A DNA stretch of 64,000 nt from an uncultured Pseudomonadota bacterium (GTDB lineage Bacteria > Pseudomonadota > Alphaproteobacteria > RF32 > CAG-239). Where the stretch lies: contig CASFJL010000005.1 of assembly GCA_949295005.1 (NCBI GenBank), positions 2,589 through 66,588 on the forward strand, in the 5' to 3' direction. The translations under genes and the position numbers were made by a program. Positions 39,118 to 49,652 of the stretch are shown here, in pieces. Numbering within the stretch: position 1 is the first letter of the stretch; the number at the start of each line of letters is the position of its first letter. Below the pieces are notes generated by a model. The model was not told the DNA's origin. It saw only the letters and a list, made by a program, of their open reading frames with translations, and made no database searches.

Positions 39118-39888
39118 ATGTCAGATATTTTAAAAACACTTTTTAAATATAAAGAAAAAGAAAGTCCGGATAAACTGGGGTTATATCCCGAAAGTGTCCA
39201 TGTCGATGCCATGCCTGAAAGACGCTATCTATGGACATCTAGACTTTTGGTCATTATTGCTTGCATGAGCATTAGCTTTAATATGATGTTAGCTGCAACT
39301 ATTTATGTAATGCTGCCGCAACGCTCCGCTTATCCTCGTTTGTTGTATATTGATGATTATTTTTCAAAATTGGAACAAATCCAACCTTCTGAACTTAGAA
39401 TCTCGGCAACAGACGTTATTACCGAACAGCATATTTATCATTATATTATGTTGCGCCACCAAATTCCTGATGATTATGATGAGTTAATCAGCAAATGGAA
39501 TCCGTATCAAACTTTATATTGGTATTCAACTTCTGATGTTTATGGTCAATTCAAAGCCATTGAAGCACCTTTGGCTATTGATCATTTCAAAAACCAAGGC
39601 TTGCGCAGAAATGTTGAAATCCAGTGGATTAAAATTTTGACAACAGGTCTATGGCAAGCTCAGTTTTTGACTTATGATTATTATCCAAATCAAAGTAAAC
39701 CTTTGGTTTATATTTGGCGGGCAATCATTCGCTTAGGGTATGGCACACCAAATTTTAGAAACAGAGATGATTTGGGAAAAAATCCTTTCGGATTTCAGGT
39801 GCTGAACTATTCTTTGGGATATATGGGAACTCCTGAAACTTCTGCACACTACTTAAAAGCCGCAAAAGAAAATTCTATTGCAAAATAA
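39118..39888 (+). CDS. VirB8-like (type IV secretion VirB8/TrbF-fold) protein, orphan
   Basis: Short cytoplasmic N-terminus, one TM (LLVIIACMSISFNMMLAATIYVML) and a periplasmic domain ending in GKNPFGFQVLNYS (compare the VirB8 NPLGFQV motif). VITEQHIYHYIMLRH resembles the VirB8 helix 1 region. Confidence 0.7.
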   Translation: MSDILKTLFKYKEKESPDKLGLYPESVHVDAMPERRYLWTSRLLVIIACMSISFNMMLAATIYVMLPQRSAYPRLLYIDDYFSKLEQIQPSELRISATDVITEQHIYHYIMLRHQIPDDYDELISKWNPYQTLYWYSTSDVYGQFKAIEAPLAIDHFKNQGLRRNVEIQWIKILTTGLWQAQFLTYDYYPNQSKPLVYIWRAIIRLGYGTPNFRNRDDLGKNPFGFQVLNYSLGYMGTPETSAHYLKAAKENSIAK

Positions 39889-39912
39889 AAAAAAGGCTTT
39901 AAAGCCTTTTTT
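39889..39912. terminator. bidirectional terminator
   Basis: AAAAGGCTTT / AAAGCCTTTT perfect palindrome (39891..39910) flanked by A- and T-runs, between convergent genes. Confidence 0.7.
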
Positions 39913-40851
39913 TTATTTTGCTTGTTTTTTGCGTTTCTTTAAATTTGTTAATTTATCGCTGACAATAGAGGTATCTCTTCCTGTTTTGGCCAGACGGTCA
40001 TACATTCTTTCTATCTCTTTTTCCAAATATGCTTGTTCAACCTCATTTGCTAGCTCATTTTGTTCTTTTAAAGAACCGCTATTTTCAATTTTTTGCATAT
40101 TTTCTATTATATCTTCTACATGAATAGAACTATCTGTTTTTTTCTTGATAAAATATGGCAACTCATAAATGAGTTTTCTGGCTTGAGCATAAGCTTCTTT
40201 GGTACTGTCTGTTTTTTTATAACGCAATTTTAACAAACGAAACACAATGCCTAACTCTGCACTATCATCTACCACAATAAAAGGGATGGGATCTGCAAAA
40301 CCTTCTGCTGAAATAAACTTTAAATATTCAACCAAGTGGTGAAAAAAACCGTTTACGTTATATAAAATGAAAGGCTTTATCGGTAGCAATCCATCTTGCA
40401 TGGCAACGCAATCATAAGCCAGTTCATCTAATGTGCCAACCCCGCCGGGAGCAAAAACAACAAAATCTGCATTTAAGAGTTTTTGTTTTCTTTCTTCCAG
40501 TGTCTGTGCCACTATTACATCTTCAATTTGAGAAATAATTTCATCACTCTGATATAAATTATAATATTCTTTTGTGGTAATCCCTTGAATTGCCGATGCT
40601 TTATCTTGATTATGTTTCCAGCCGTCTAACACACCTCTGGCCACGGCTCCCATTATTCCGTTGCTTGACAGACCAAAGTCTAACTTAAATTCCATTCTGG
40701 CAATTTGTCTGCCCAAATTATATGCCTCTTCTACATAAAACTCATCATTTCCGGAACGAGACCCGCCGGCAACAAACACCCTTAAACCTTTTTCGGCATT
40801 TTCTTTGGCAAAACTATCAACCACATAATCCATTTGTTCTTGATTATCCAT
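39913..40851 (-). CDS. LOG-family (TIGR00730, Rossmann-fold nucleotide-binding/phosphoribohydrolase) protein with C-terminal coiled-coil extension
   Basis: VFVAGGSRSG, GIMGAVARG and PGGVGTLDEL motifs, plus about 100 extra C-terminal residues rich in K/E. Confidence 0.75.
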   Translation of the reverse strand: MDNQEQMDYVVDSFAKENAEKGLRVFVAGGSRSGNDEFYVEEAYNLGRQIARMEFKLDFGLSSNGIMGAVARGVLDGWKHNQDKASAIQGITTKEYYNLYQSDEIISQIEDVIVAQTLEERKQKLLNADFVVFAPGGVGTLDELAYDCVAMQDGLLPIKPFILYNVNGFFHHLVEYLKFISAEGFADPIPFIVVDDSAELGIVFRLLKLRYKKTDSTKEAYAQARKLIYELPYFIKKKTDSSIHVEDIIENMQKIENSGSLKEQNELANEVEQAYLEKEIERMYDRLAKTGRDTSIVSDKLTNLKKRKKQAK

Positions 40852-40860
40852 ATGTTCCTC

Positions 40861-41991
<1,131 letters not shown>

Positions 41992-42057
41992 TCATTCCTT
42001 AAAAATTTATAATGAGAAGATAATGCCCTTTATTCTTAATTATGGCAAGATACTTTT

Positions 42058-42756
42058 TTAATCTTCTTTTATGGGGTTTTTATCCAGAGCATAACCACTG
42101 GCTCTGACTGTACGAATATAATCTGAACCAAACTGATTTAACGTCTTTCTTAAACGCCTTATATGAACGTCAACCGTTCTGGATTCAACATAGATATTGT
42201 CTCCCCAAACGGTTTTTAACAAATATTCGCGTGAAAAGACTTTGCCAACATTTTCCATGAGCATTTTTAATAAGCGAAACTCCGTCGGTCCTAAATGAAC
42301 ATAGTTGTCTCCGCGATATACTTTTTTGGCAACCAAATCCATCCTGATATCTTCAAAAATCAGTTCTTTTTCTGCAATCGGCTCCGGAGCCCTTCTTAAC
42401 TGAGATTTTACTCTGGCCATTAATTCGGGTATGGAAAAAGGTTTGGTCACATAATCATCCGCCCCTGCTGTCAAACCTTTAATTTTGTCTTCTTCTTCTC
42501 CTTTGGCTGTGAGCATAATTATTGGTATGGCTTTTATATCTGGTTTATTTCTCACCATTTTACACAATTCCACACCTGAAATTTCCGGCAGCATCCAATC
42601 TAAAATAATGACGGAAGGCATATTTTTTTCTATTTCTGAAATTACTTTTCCGCCTCTGGCTTCCCATAAAACTTCATAACCTTCTTTTTCAAGATTATAT
42701 TTTAACAATAAAGCTAAGGCTTCTTCATCTTCCACCAACATTACTTTATGTGCCAT
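42058..42756 (-). CDS. phoB: OmpR/PhoB-family response regulator, PhoB-like
   Basis: Receiver domain (VMLVEDE...IILDWMLPEISG...IIMLTAKGEEEDKIKGLTAGADDYVTKPFS) plus a winged-helix C-domain. Very close to the PhoB pattern. ATG 42756 has GAGG upstream. Confidence 0.8.
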   Translation of the reverse strand: MAHKVMLVEDEEALALLLKYNLEKEGYEVLWEARGGKVISEIEKNMPSVIILDWMLPEISGVELCKMVRNKPDIKAIPIIMLTAKGEEEDKIKGLTAGADDYVTKPFSIPELMARVKSQLRRAPEPIAEKELIFEDIRMDLVAKKVYRGDNYVHLGPTEFRLLKMLMENVGKVFSREYLLKTVWGDNIYVESRTVDVHIRRLRKTLNQFGSDYIRTVRASGYALDKNPIKED

Positions 42757-42816
42757 TGCAAACCTCAATTTATTTATTACATTATAAAAATAACTATATC
42801 TTTTTCTTTATTAAAA

Positions 42817-43452
42817 TTACCTTAAGTTATTGATATTTTTTTGATATTCACCGCCAACAAAAATTGAAGAACCCGCAACCAAAATATCTGCTCCGGCGGC
42901 AATGCATTCTGCCGCTGTCAGAGGATTGATACCGCCATCTACTTCTATTTCTATGGCTCTATCTCCTATCATTTGTTTTATATTACTGATTTTTTCTAAT
43001 TGCGAATCTATAAAACTTTGCCCACCAAACCCCGGATTAACACTCATTACCAATATTTGATCCAACCTGTCCAAAATATATTTCAAGCCTTCTTCCGGCG
43101 TTGACGGATTGAGAGATACACCTGCTTTTAATCCATAATCTTTGATACTCATCAGTATCTTATCCAAATGGGGGGAGGTTTCTAAATGAACGGTAATAAT
43201 ATCCGCGCCTGCTTTGGCAAACCACGGAATCATTTTATCGGGCTCCGTCACCATTAAATGCACATCAAACGGCAGAGTAGTATATGCTCTCAGTGCCTTA
43301 ACGACACCTGCTCCAAAGGTCAAATTCGGAACATAATGTCCATCCATCACATCTATATGTATCATATCTGCACCGGCTTGTTCCAGAGCTTTTATTTCTT
43401 TGCCCAAATTTGCAAAATCTGCTGATAATATGCTTGGAGCTATTTTTACCAT
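42817..43452 (-). CDS. rpe: ribulose-phosphate 3-epimerase
   Basis: [32 protein letters not shown] and VDGGI motifs. Confidence 0.95.
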   Translation of the reverse strand: MVKIAPSILSADFANLGKEIKALEQAGADMIHIDVMDGHYVPNLTFGAGVVKALRAYTTLPFDVHLMVTEPDKMIPWFAKAGADIITVHLETSPHLDKILMSIKDYGLKAGVSLNPSTPEEGLKYILDRLDQILVMSVNPGFGGQSFIDSQLEKISNIKQMIGDRAIEIEVDGGINPLTAAECIAAGADILVAGSSIFVGGEYQKNINNLR

Positions 43453-43506
43453 ATTTCCCTCCTATTTGTTTTTATTATTATAACCTATTATTTCTTAATT
43501 TAAAAT

Positions 43507-43543
43507 GAAAAAAGGCTCTCAAAAGAGAGCCTTAAGTTTTTTT
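43507..43543 (-). terminator. rho-independent terminator after fba
   Basis: AAGGCTCTC / GAGAGCCTT stem (43512..43520 / 43525..43533), loop AAAA, flanked by A/T runs. Confidence 0.7.
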
Positions 43544-43554
43544 GCTTATACAGA

Positions 43555-44604
43555 TTAAAGTTCACCTGCTGCATAGCGTTTTGCCATTTCTGACATTGGA
43601 ATAACTTTAATTTTATCTGCATGACCGGCTGCACCAAAAGCAACAAAACGTGCTTCACATACTTTTTGCATTTCTTCAATTGCCGGTTTCAAATATTTAC
43701 GTGGATCAAATTCTTTTGGATTTTCAGCAAATAATTTGCGAATTGCTCCGGTAATAGCCATACGGCAGTCTGTATCTACATTAACTTTGCGAACACCAGA
43801 CTTAATGCCTCTAACAATTTCTTCTACCGGAACACCATAAGTTTGAGGAATTGCACCACCATAAGCATTAATCAAATCTTGCAATTCTTGTGGAACTGAA
43901 GATGAACCATGCATAACCATGTGTGTGTTTGGTAATTTTTTATGAATTTTTTCAATAACATCAATTGCCAAAATTTCTCCATCTGGTTTGCGAGTGAATT
44001 TATATGCACCGTGAGATGTACCAACAGCAACTGCCAATGCATCTAACTTGATTTCTGCAACAAAGCGAGCTGCTTCATCCGGATCTGTTACAAGGCGTTT
44101 TTTATCAATAACACCTTCTGCGCCGTGACCGTCTTCTTTGTCACCTTTTCCGGTCTCTAAAGAACCGATAACGCCTAATTCTCCTTCAACTGATGCTCCA
44201 ACGGCATGTGCTCTAGCAACAACTTCTTTGGTAACTTTTACATTATATTCAAAAGAAGAAGGGGTTTTTCCGTCTGCTTCCAAAGAACCATCCATCATCA
44301 CGGATGAATAACCGTTTACAATGGCAGATTGGCAAATATCAACTGATGATCCGTGGTCTTGGTGCAAGCAAATCGGCAATTCAGGAAACATTTCTATTCC
44401 GGCTTGAATCATATGACGAATCATCGGATCTCCGGCAAATTTGCGGGCTCCGGTTGATGTTTGAATAATAACAGGCGCATTTACTTTTTTTGCTGCCTGC
44501 AAAACAGCTATTACTTGCTCCATATCGTTAATATTAAATGCAGGAACACCATAATTGTTCTCTGCGGCATGGTCAAGAATCTGACGCATTGTAACTAAAG
44601 GCAT
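43555..44604 (-). CDS. fba: class II fructose-bisphosphate aldolase (CbbA/Fba type)
   Basis: VPAFNINDMEQ, LHQDHG, DGS, HGSSSVP and VNVDTD motifs. Confidence 0.95.
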   Translation of the reverse strand: MPLVTMRQILDHAAENNYGVPAFNINDMEQVIAVLQAAKKVNAPVIIQTSTGARKFAGDPMIRHMIQAGIEMFPELPICLHQDHGSSVDICQSAIVNGYSSVMMDGSLEADGKTPSSFEYNVKVTKEVVARAHAVGASVEGELGVIGSLETGKGDKEDGHGAEGVIDKKRLVTDPDEAARFVAEIKLDALAVAVGTSHGAYKFTRKPDGEILAIDVIEKIHKKLPNTHMVMHGSSSVPQELQDLINAYGGAIPQTYGVPVEEIVRGIKSGVRKVNVDTDCRMAITGAIRKLFAENPKEFDPRKYLKPAIEEMQKVCEARFVAFGAAGHADKIKVIPMSEMAKRYAAGEL

Positions 44605-44925
44605 TGTAGAACTCCTTTTATATTGTTTGACATATTATTACTGCTGCAAATATATATCCTTCCGTTTCTTTTGCAAGATTTTTTTAATTTTAGCTTTTTT
44701 ATATGAATAGTTTCACAAAACTGTAATACTTTTTTTGGCAAAATTATGTTATGATAAATTCATAAATTCCCTCCCCTTCGGGTATTGATTGACAAATTTT
44801 TAGTTATGCAGTCTGACTATTTATTTATCTTCAATACCCTTTTTTTTGTCCATTTTTTTTCTTGATTTTTTTTCTGATTGTGCTAGTTGTAGAACTGAGA
44901 ATTTATTATTAATAAAAAAAAAGCT

Positions 44926-45357
44926 ATGGAAATGGAAAAAGTATTATTTTTGAGTCTGGTCATTGTAGTATTGGCCGTGTGGGTATGGGGACAAATTTTT
45001 GTTTCTCACCGAATTGTCAGAAAAGAATTATCTTGGCAAGGTTTTGCCATCTTAGATTTTTTTGCTTTTTTGACTATTGCATTTTTTTGCAAAATGCAAG
45101 TTTTGGATATTCAAATTTTTATATTGTTTTGTGTGGTTAATCTGGTTTGGCCGCTTTTCTACTTTTTTTGGAAGCGCAAACAGCATACCCCTCAAATTGG
45201 TTATTGGTTAGTTTTTAAAGGTGTTTTAAAACAATATAAAAATAGCCATATTGCCAGAATTGAACATGGTAAAATGAGGCAATACAAAATTTGGATATGG
45301 AGATATTATTTGTTGTTTTTCCTTATTTTTATCATTTCTTATTGGATACTAGAATAA
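44926..45357 (+). CDS. hypothetical small membrane protein
   Basis: Four predicted TM segments, Trp/Phe-rich. No family recognised. Confidence 0.45.
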   Translation: MEMEKVLFLSLVIVVLAVWVWGQIFVSHRIVRKELSWQGFAILDFFAFLTIAFFCKMQVLDIQIFILFCVVNLVWPLFYFFWKRKQHTPQIGYWLVFKGVLKQYKNSHIARIEHGKMRQYKIWIWRYYLLFFLIFIISYWILE

Positions 45358-45361
45358 GGAA

Positions 45362-45412
45362 AGCAATAAAAAAACATTCACTTTATAACAAAGTGAATGT
45401 TTTTTTATTGCT
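45362..45412. terminator. perfect 23-bp inverted repeat (bidirectional terminator-like hairpin)
   Basis: AGCAATAAAAAAACATTCACTTT (45362..45384) pairs perfectly with AAAGTGAATGTTTTTTTATTGCT (45390..45412) around a 5-nt loop, between convergent genes. Confidence 0.65.
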
Positions 45413-45422
45413 CAAAGAAAGA

Positions 45423-45818
45423 TTACTGATGCTCAGCTTCTCTTGCCGTCTTCATCTTTCTCTCAAAATACTCGTCCTCAGGAATGAGAATAAAGTCCTT
45501 CTCCTCCTTGACGTATCGCCAAACGGTTTTGCCCATTGCCTTGAAAGAACAGCTCTCGCCATACTCTTCGACTTTTGTTCCTTCTTGAGGGATGATAATG
45601 GCCTTGCGAGGGGTTTTACCTGAGTAAGCCTTCACATACAAGTAACTTGGCACACCATCTTTCTCAACCTTAGCAACAAAGGCAATATAACCTCTATCCC
45701 GACCGTCTTTCGGATAAATTCGGCAGGGCAAAAAATCGTTAATACTTAATTCAAAACCTGCCTCTTTTGCTTTTTCAACTGCCTGACTTGCCTGCCAGAT
45801 GTATTCTTTCTGTTCCAT
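45423..45818 (-). CDS. hypothetical protein (about 131 aa from ATG 45818; the ORF-track TTG start at 45845 is an alternative)
   Basis: Clean ORF between fba and tkt. No recognisable family and no convincing SD for either start. Confidence 0.5.
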   Translation of the reverse strand: MEQKEYIWQASQAVEKAKEAGFELSINDFLPCRIYPKDGRDRGYIAFVAKVEKDGVPSYLYVKAYSGKTPRKAIIIPQEGTKVEEYGESCSFKAMGKTVWRYVKEEKDFILIPEDEYFERKMKTAREAEHQ

Positions 45819-45918
45819 AATTATATGTTTTTTAGGGTTCAACAATAATATTAACTATGGAGCAGAGATTATCACCGCATTTCGTTTTGTCAATAAATTT
45901 TCTTATTTTTATTATAGG

Positions 45919-45946
45919 AAAAGAGAACCTAAAAAGGTTCTCTTTT
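45919..45946 (-). terminator. terminator-like hairpin after tkt
   Basis: AAAAGAGAACC / GGTTCTCTTTT stem with a 6-nt loop, 14 nt downstream of the tkt stop. Confidence 0.5.
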
Positions 45947-45959
45947 CTTTTTTATATAA

Positions 45960-47927
45960 TTAAATCAAATCTTTAACAGCATTTACGACCGCATCTTTGG
46001 TGATGCCGAAATGCTTATATAATTCTCCGGCAGGACCAGATGCTCCAAAGCTGTCGATTCCTATTATTTTGCCGTTTTCTCCGACATATCTTTCCCAACC
46101 ATACGGAGATGCTGCTTCAACGGAAACTCTTGGCGCATTACCCAAAACACTTGCCTTATATTCTTTATCTTGAGCATCAAATAACTCTGCGCAAGGCATT
46201 GAAACAACCGCAACTTCTATGCCTTCTTCCTTCAAGGTTTTTTGCGCCTCAATTGCCAAAGAAACTTCTGAACCAGTGGCAATAATTGTGGCTTTTCTCT
46301 TTTTGCCTTTTTCTACATCTGAAATGACATAGCCGCCTTTTAAGGTCAAATTTTCTTTAGATGATGTGCGTATCATCGGCAAGCCTTGTCTGGTTAAGGC
46401 TAATATGCTTGGTGTTTTTTCACTTTCCAGCGCAATTTTCCATGCCTCTGCCGTTTCAACCACATCACAAGGTCTGAAAGTATAAATATTGGGCATTGCT
46501 CTATATGAAGCCAAATGTTCAATCGGTTGGTGGGTTGGTCCATCTTCACCTACACCGATAGAATCGTGCGTTAAAACATAAACAACCCTTATACCCATCA
46601 AGGCAGCCAATCTCATTGACGGACGCATATAATCTGAAAAGACAAAGAATGTGCCACCATAAGGTAAAATACCGCCATGCAAAGCCAATCCGTTCATAAT
46701 AGCGGCCATGGCGTGTTCTCTAATACCATACATTAAATTGTTGCCGCTATAATCTTCTTTGGTAATGGTCTTCATGCCATTGACAAATGTTAAATTTGAA
46801 GCGGCCAAATCTGCCGAACCACCAACAATTTGCGGAATATTCGGAACAATTGCTTCCAAGCACATTTGGCTGGCTTTTCTGGTGGCAACTTTTGTTTTTT
46901 CGGCAATTGATTTTTCTGCTAACGCATTCAAATCTTTATCCCAATTTAGCGGTAATTTTCCGGCAATAACATCTAAAAATTTTTGACCTTTGGCTTGGGC
47001 TTTTTTCTGCCAATTTTTATATTCTTCTTGATGTTTGCTTCCGGCGTCTTTCCATGCTTTCAAAATCTCTGCCGGAACCTCAAAAGGAGCGTAATTCCAA
47101 TCTAAATTTTGACGCATTTGAGCAACTTCTTCTTCGCCTAATGGAGAACCGTGACATTTGCTGCTTCCGGCTTTATTGGGCGCGCCAAATCCGATTTTGG
47201 TTTTGCAAGCAATTAAGGTCGGTTTATCTGATTTTTGAGCTTTGGCAATCGCTTGTTCAATCTCATCATAATCATGACCGTTAATTTCTAATGTGTTCCA
47301 ACCAACAGCCTTAAAGCGTTCAATCTGATTGGTTGAGTTTGCTTTATCTACGGTTCCGTCGATGGTGATATTGTTATTATCCCACAAAACAATTAATTTA
47401 TTTAAGCCCCAATGTCCGGCCAAAGAAATTGCCTCTTCAGAAATGCCTTCCATTAAGCAACCATCACCACAAATCACATATGTATAGTGAGAGCAAACAT
47501 CCTCGCCATATTTTGCGGCAATAATTCTTTCGGCCATAGCCATACCCACTGCAGAACTAATACCTTGTCCCAAAGGTCCGGTGGTCATGTCAATTCCTGC
47601 CAAATGAGCATATTCAGGATGTCCTGCCGTTTTGGCACCAAGTTGACGGAAGTTTTTGATATCTTCAATTGAAATATCTTCATAGCCCATTAAGTACAAT
47701 AAAGAATACATCAACATAGAACCATGTCCGGCTGACAAGACGAATCTGTCGCGATCAAACCATTTAGGATTTTTAGGATCTAATTTGATGAATTTTGAAA
47801 ACAAAACGGTTGCGACATCTGCCATACCCAAAGGCATTCCGGGGTGACCTGACTGAGATTTTTCAATAGCATCCGCACTCAGAAAACGAATCGCATTTGC
47901 CATTTGTTTTAAGGAAACATCATTCAT
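45960..47927 (-). CDS. tkt: transketolase
   Basis: SGHPGMPLGMA, GDGCLMEG, TKIGFGAP and THDSIGVGEDGPTHQP motifs, 655 aa. Confidence 0.95.
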   Translation of the reverse strand: MNDVSLKQMANAIRFLSADAIEKSQSGHPGMPLGMADVATVLFSKFIKLDPKNPKWFDRDRFVLSAGHGSMLMYSLLYLMGYEDISIEDIKNFRQLGAKTAGHPEYAHLAGIDMTTGPLGQGISSAVGMAMAERIIAAKYGEDVCSHYTYVICGDGCLMEGISEEAISLAGHWGLNKLIVLWDNNNITIDGTVDKANSTNQIERFKAVGWNTLEINGHDYDEIEQAIAKAQKSDKPTLIACKTKIGFGAPNKAGSSKCHGSPLGEEEVAQMRQNLDWNYAPFEVPAEILKAWKDAGSKHQEEYKNWQKKAQAKGQKFLDVIAGKLPLNWDKDLNALAEKSIAEKTKVATRKASQMCLEAIVPNIPQIVGGSADLAASNLTFVNGMKTITKEDYSGNNLMYGIREHAMAAIMNGLALHGGILPYGGTFFVFSDYMRPSMRLAALMGIRVVYVLTHDSIGVGEDGPTHQPIEHLASYRAMPNIYTFRPCDVVETAEAWKIALESEKTPSILALTRQGLPMIRTSSKENLTLKGGYVISDVEKGKKRKATIIATGSEVSLAIEAQKTLKEEGIEVAVVSMPCAELFDAQDKEYKASVLGNAPRVSVEAASPYGWERYVGENGKIIGIDSFGASGPAGELYKHFGITKDAVVNAVKDLI

Positions 47928-47950
47928 CTTTTTTTCTCCTAATTTTTTTA

Positions 47951-48472
47951 TTATTCTTCAATATAGCCTAAATCCACATCAAAAATTTTTTGATTATATT
48001 TTCTTTCTTGCGGACTGATATCCAATCCGGCAAAAATTTCAAACTCATACATCATATCTAAAGGGATTTTTACTTCTACCTGTTTGCCCTTAAATTCTTT
48101 GCTCATTTCTTTAGATGATATGCTCGTCCCGACAAAGTATGATTTTTTGCCCAAAAATTGCGGCGGGCCTTTAATGGTGTTGGTAAACCAAGAAAACTGA
48201 ACATCTGTTTCATCGGTGTTTCTTAATTTTTTTACTCTGAATGTTGGGGTGATTTTTGCTTTTTCTTGATTTACTCTTTCATCAAAATAGCAAAAACCCT
48301 CTACCCCAATTAACTCTATTTCAAAATTATCTTGATAATTGACAATCTGAATCAATCGTGCATCTTCTCTTTTTATGGTCATGACAGGGCATTGGCGATA
48401 TCCTTCAGGGACTGAAGATACACAACCGCATAAACCTATGAGCAAAATTGCGCAAAATATTTTTTTGAACAT
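47951..48472 (-). CDS. lipoprotein, hypothetical
   Basis: MFKKIFCAILLIGLCGC lipobox. No family recognised. Confidence 0.55.
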   Translation of the reverse strand: MFKKIFCAILLIGLCGCVSSVPEGYRQCPVMTIKREDARLIQIVNYQDNFEIELIGVEGFCYFDERVNQEKAKITPTFRVKKLRNTDETDVQFSWFTNTIKGPPQFLGKKSYFVGTSISSKEMSKEFKGKQVEVKIPLDMMYEFEIFAGLDISPQERKYNQKIFDVDLGYIEE

Positions 48473-48482
48473 TTACTTTTTC

Positions 48483-49652
48483 CTATTTTTCAAAATATGC
48501 CACCAACTCTGTATGGGCTGAATAAACAAATTGGTCAACCATTGTAATTTCTTTGAGTTTGTACCCACCGTTTATCAGAATATTGGCATCTTTTATAAAA
48601 CTATGCGGATTGCAAGAAATAGCAACAATTTTTTTTGGAGCACCTTCTTTTATTTGAACAATTTTTTTGACCTGTTCTTCTGCCCCTGCTCTCGGTGGGT
48701 CAAACACAATAGCATCGAATCCTGACAATTCTTTTTCATCTAACGGATATTTGAACAAATTTTTTGCCTGAATTTGAATATTGGGAATCATATTTTTATT
48801 TACCGAGGTTTGAAATCCTTCTAACAGAGATTTTGAAGAATCTAGAGAATAAATTTTGTTATTTGGATTTTTTGATAAAGGATAAGAAAATGTACCTACT
48901 CCACAGAATAAATCGGCAATTTTGCCATTTGTATTACCAATATATTTTTCAACCAAGGCAATCATCTTATTTTCCGCCTCTTTGCTGGCCTGCAAAAAAG
49001 TTCCGGCCGGAATGTAAACCTCATAATCGGCAATTTTGATATATGGCTTGATTTTTTCCACCAAAGTTTCTGCCATGCTCATGTCATTTTTTCTATGAGA
49101 AACTCGGATAACAGAAGCATTATTTAAGGCAAACTCAGATATTATCATACGGTATTCAAGGTTTATCTCATCATCAAATTCTAAAACAACATCTATTCCG
49201 TTATCTGCCTGAGTGAGCCAAACATCTCCTCTAGTGACATTTTTATAACCAATGATTTTATTCTTTTTATATTGCGGTGTTTTTACGGCGCATAACTCTG
49301 ATAATACTTGCCTGATTGAAGGAATTATTTGATTGAGTTTTTCCGTAAGTAAACAGCAATGATTAATATCAACCAGTTCCGCACTTTGTTCTTGATTAAA
49401 ACCAAGTTTTAAATTTCCTTTCTTAAAAGAGAAAGCCAAACTGGCTCTTCTTCTTTGTCCGTCTTGTATAAATATTGGCGCACAAAACTTATATTCTTGA
49501 TTATCTAAACCTTTTAATATGTTTTGGACTTTTTGCAACTTGGTTTGTTGATACTTTTCTTCAGTCAAATTTCTGAAAACACAACCGCCACAAATTTCTT
49601 GATATGAACAACTTTGCATATTTTTTCCGTCTGTATTATAAGTCTTCTTCAT
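48483..49652 (-). CDS. class I SAM-dependent RNA (uracil-5) methyltransferase, RlmD/TrmA family
   Basis: N-terminal Cys cluster (CSYQEICGGC), SAM motif DLFCGVGTF, and DPPRAG and ISCNP catalytic motifs. Confidence 0.8.
   Translation of the reverse strand: MKKTYNTDGKNMQSCSYQEICGGCVFRNLTEEKYQQTKLQKVQNILKGLDNQEYKFCAPIFIQDGQRRRASLAFSFKKGNLKLGFNQEQSAELVDINHCCLLTEKLNQIIPSIRQVLSELCAVKTPQYKKNKIIGYKNVTRGDVWLTQADNGIDVVLEFDDEINLEYRMIISEFALNNASVIRVSHRKNDMSMAETLVEKIKPYIKIADYEVYIPAGTFLQASKEAENKMIALVEKYIGNTNGKIADLFCGVGTFSYPLSKNPNNKIYSLDSSKSLLEGFQTSVNKNMIPNIQIQAKNLFKYPLDEKELSGFDAIVFDPPRAGAEEQVKKIVQIKEGAPKKIVAISCNPHSFIKDANILINGGYKLKEITMVDQFVYSAHTELVAYFEK

Noticed and set aside
44605-44925. 320-nt spacer upstream of fba as a possible sRNA or riboswitch
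   Set aside because: I found only a trivial CCC-CTTC-GGG mini-hairpin and long T-runs, with no convincing conserved-looking structure. It is probably just divergent promoter DNA.
45423-45845. Apparent high-GC anomaly of the orphan gene between fba and tkt as evidence of horizontal transfer
   Set aside because: Spot counts give about 43-48% GC for this ORF, but single lines of tkt and fba also give about 45%. The gene is therefore not compositionally distinct from its conserved neighbours, and only AT-rich spacers and membrane genes made it look unusual.
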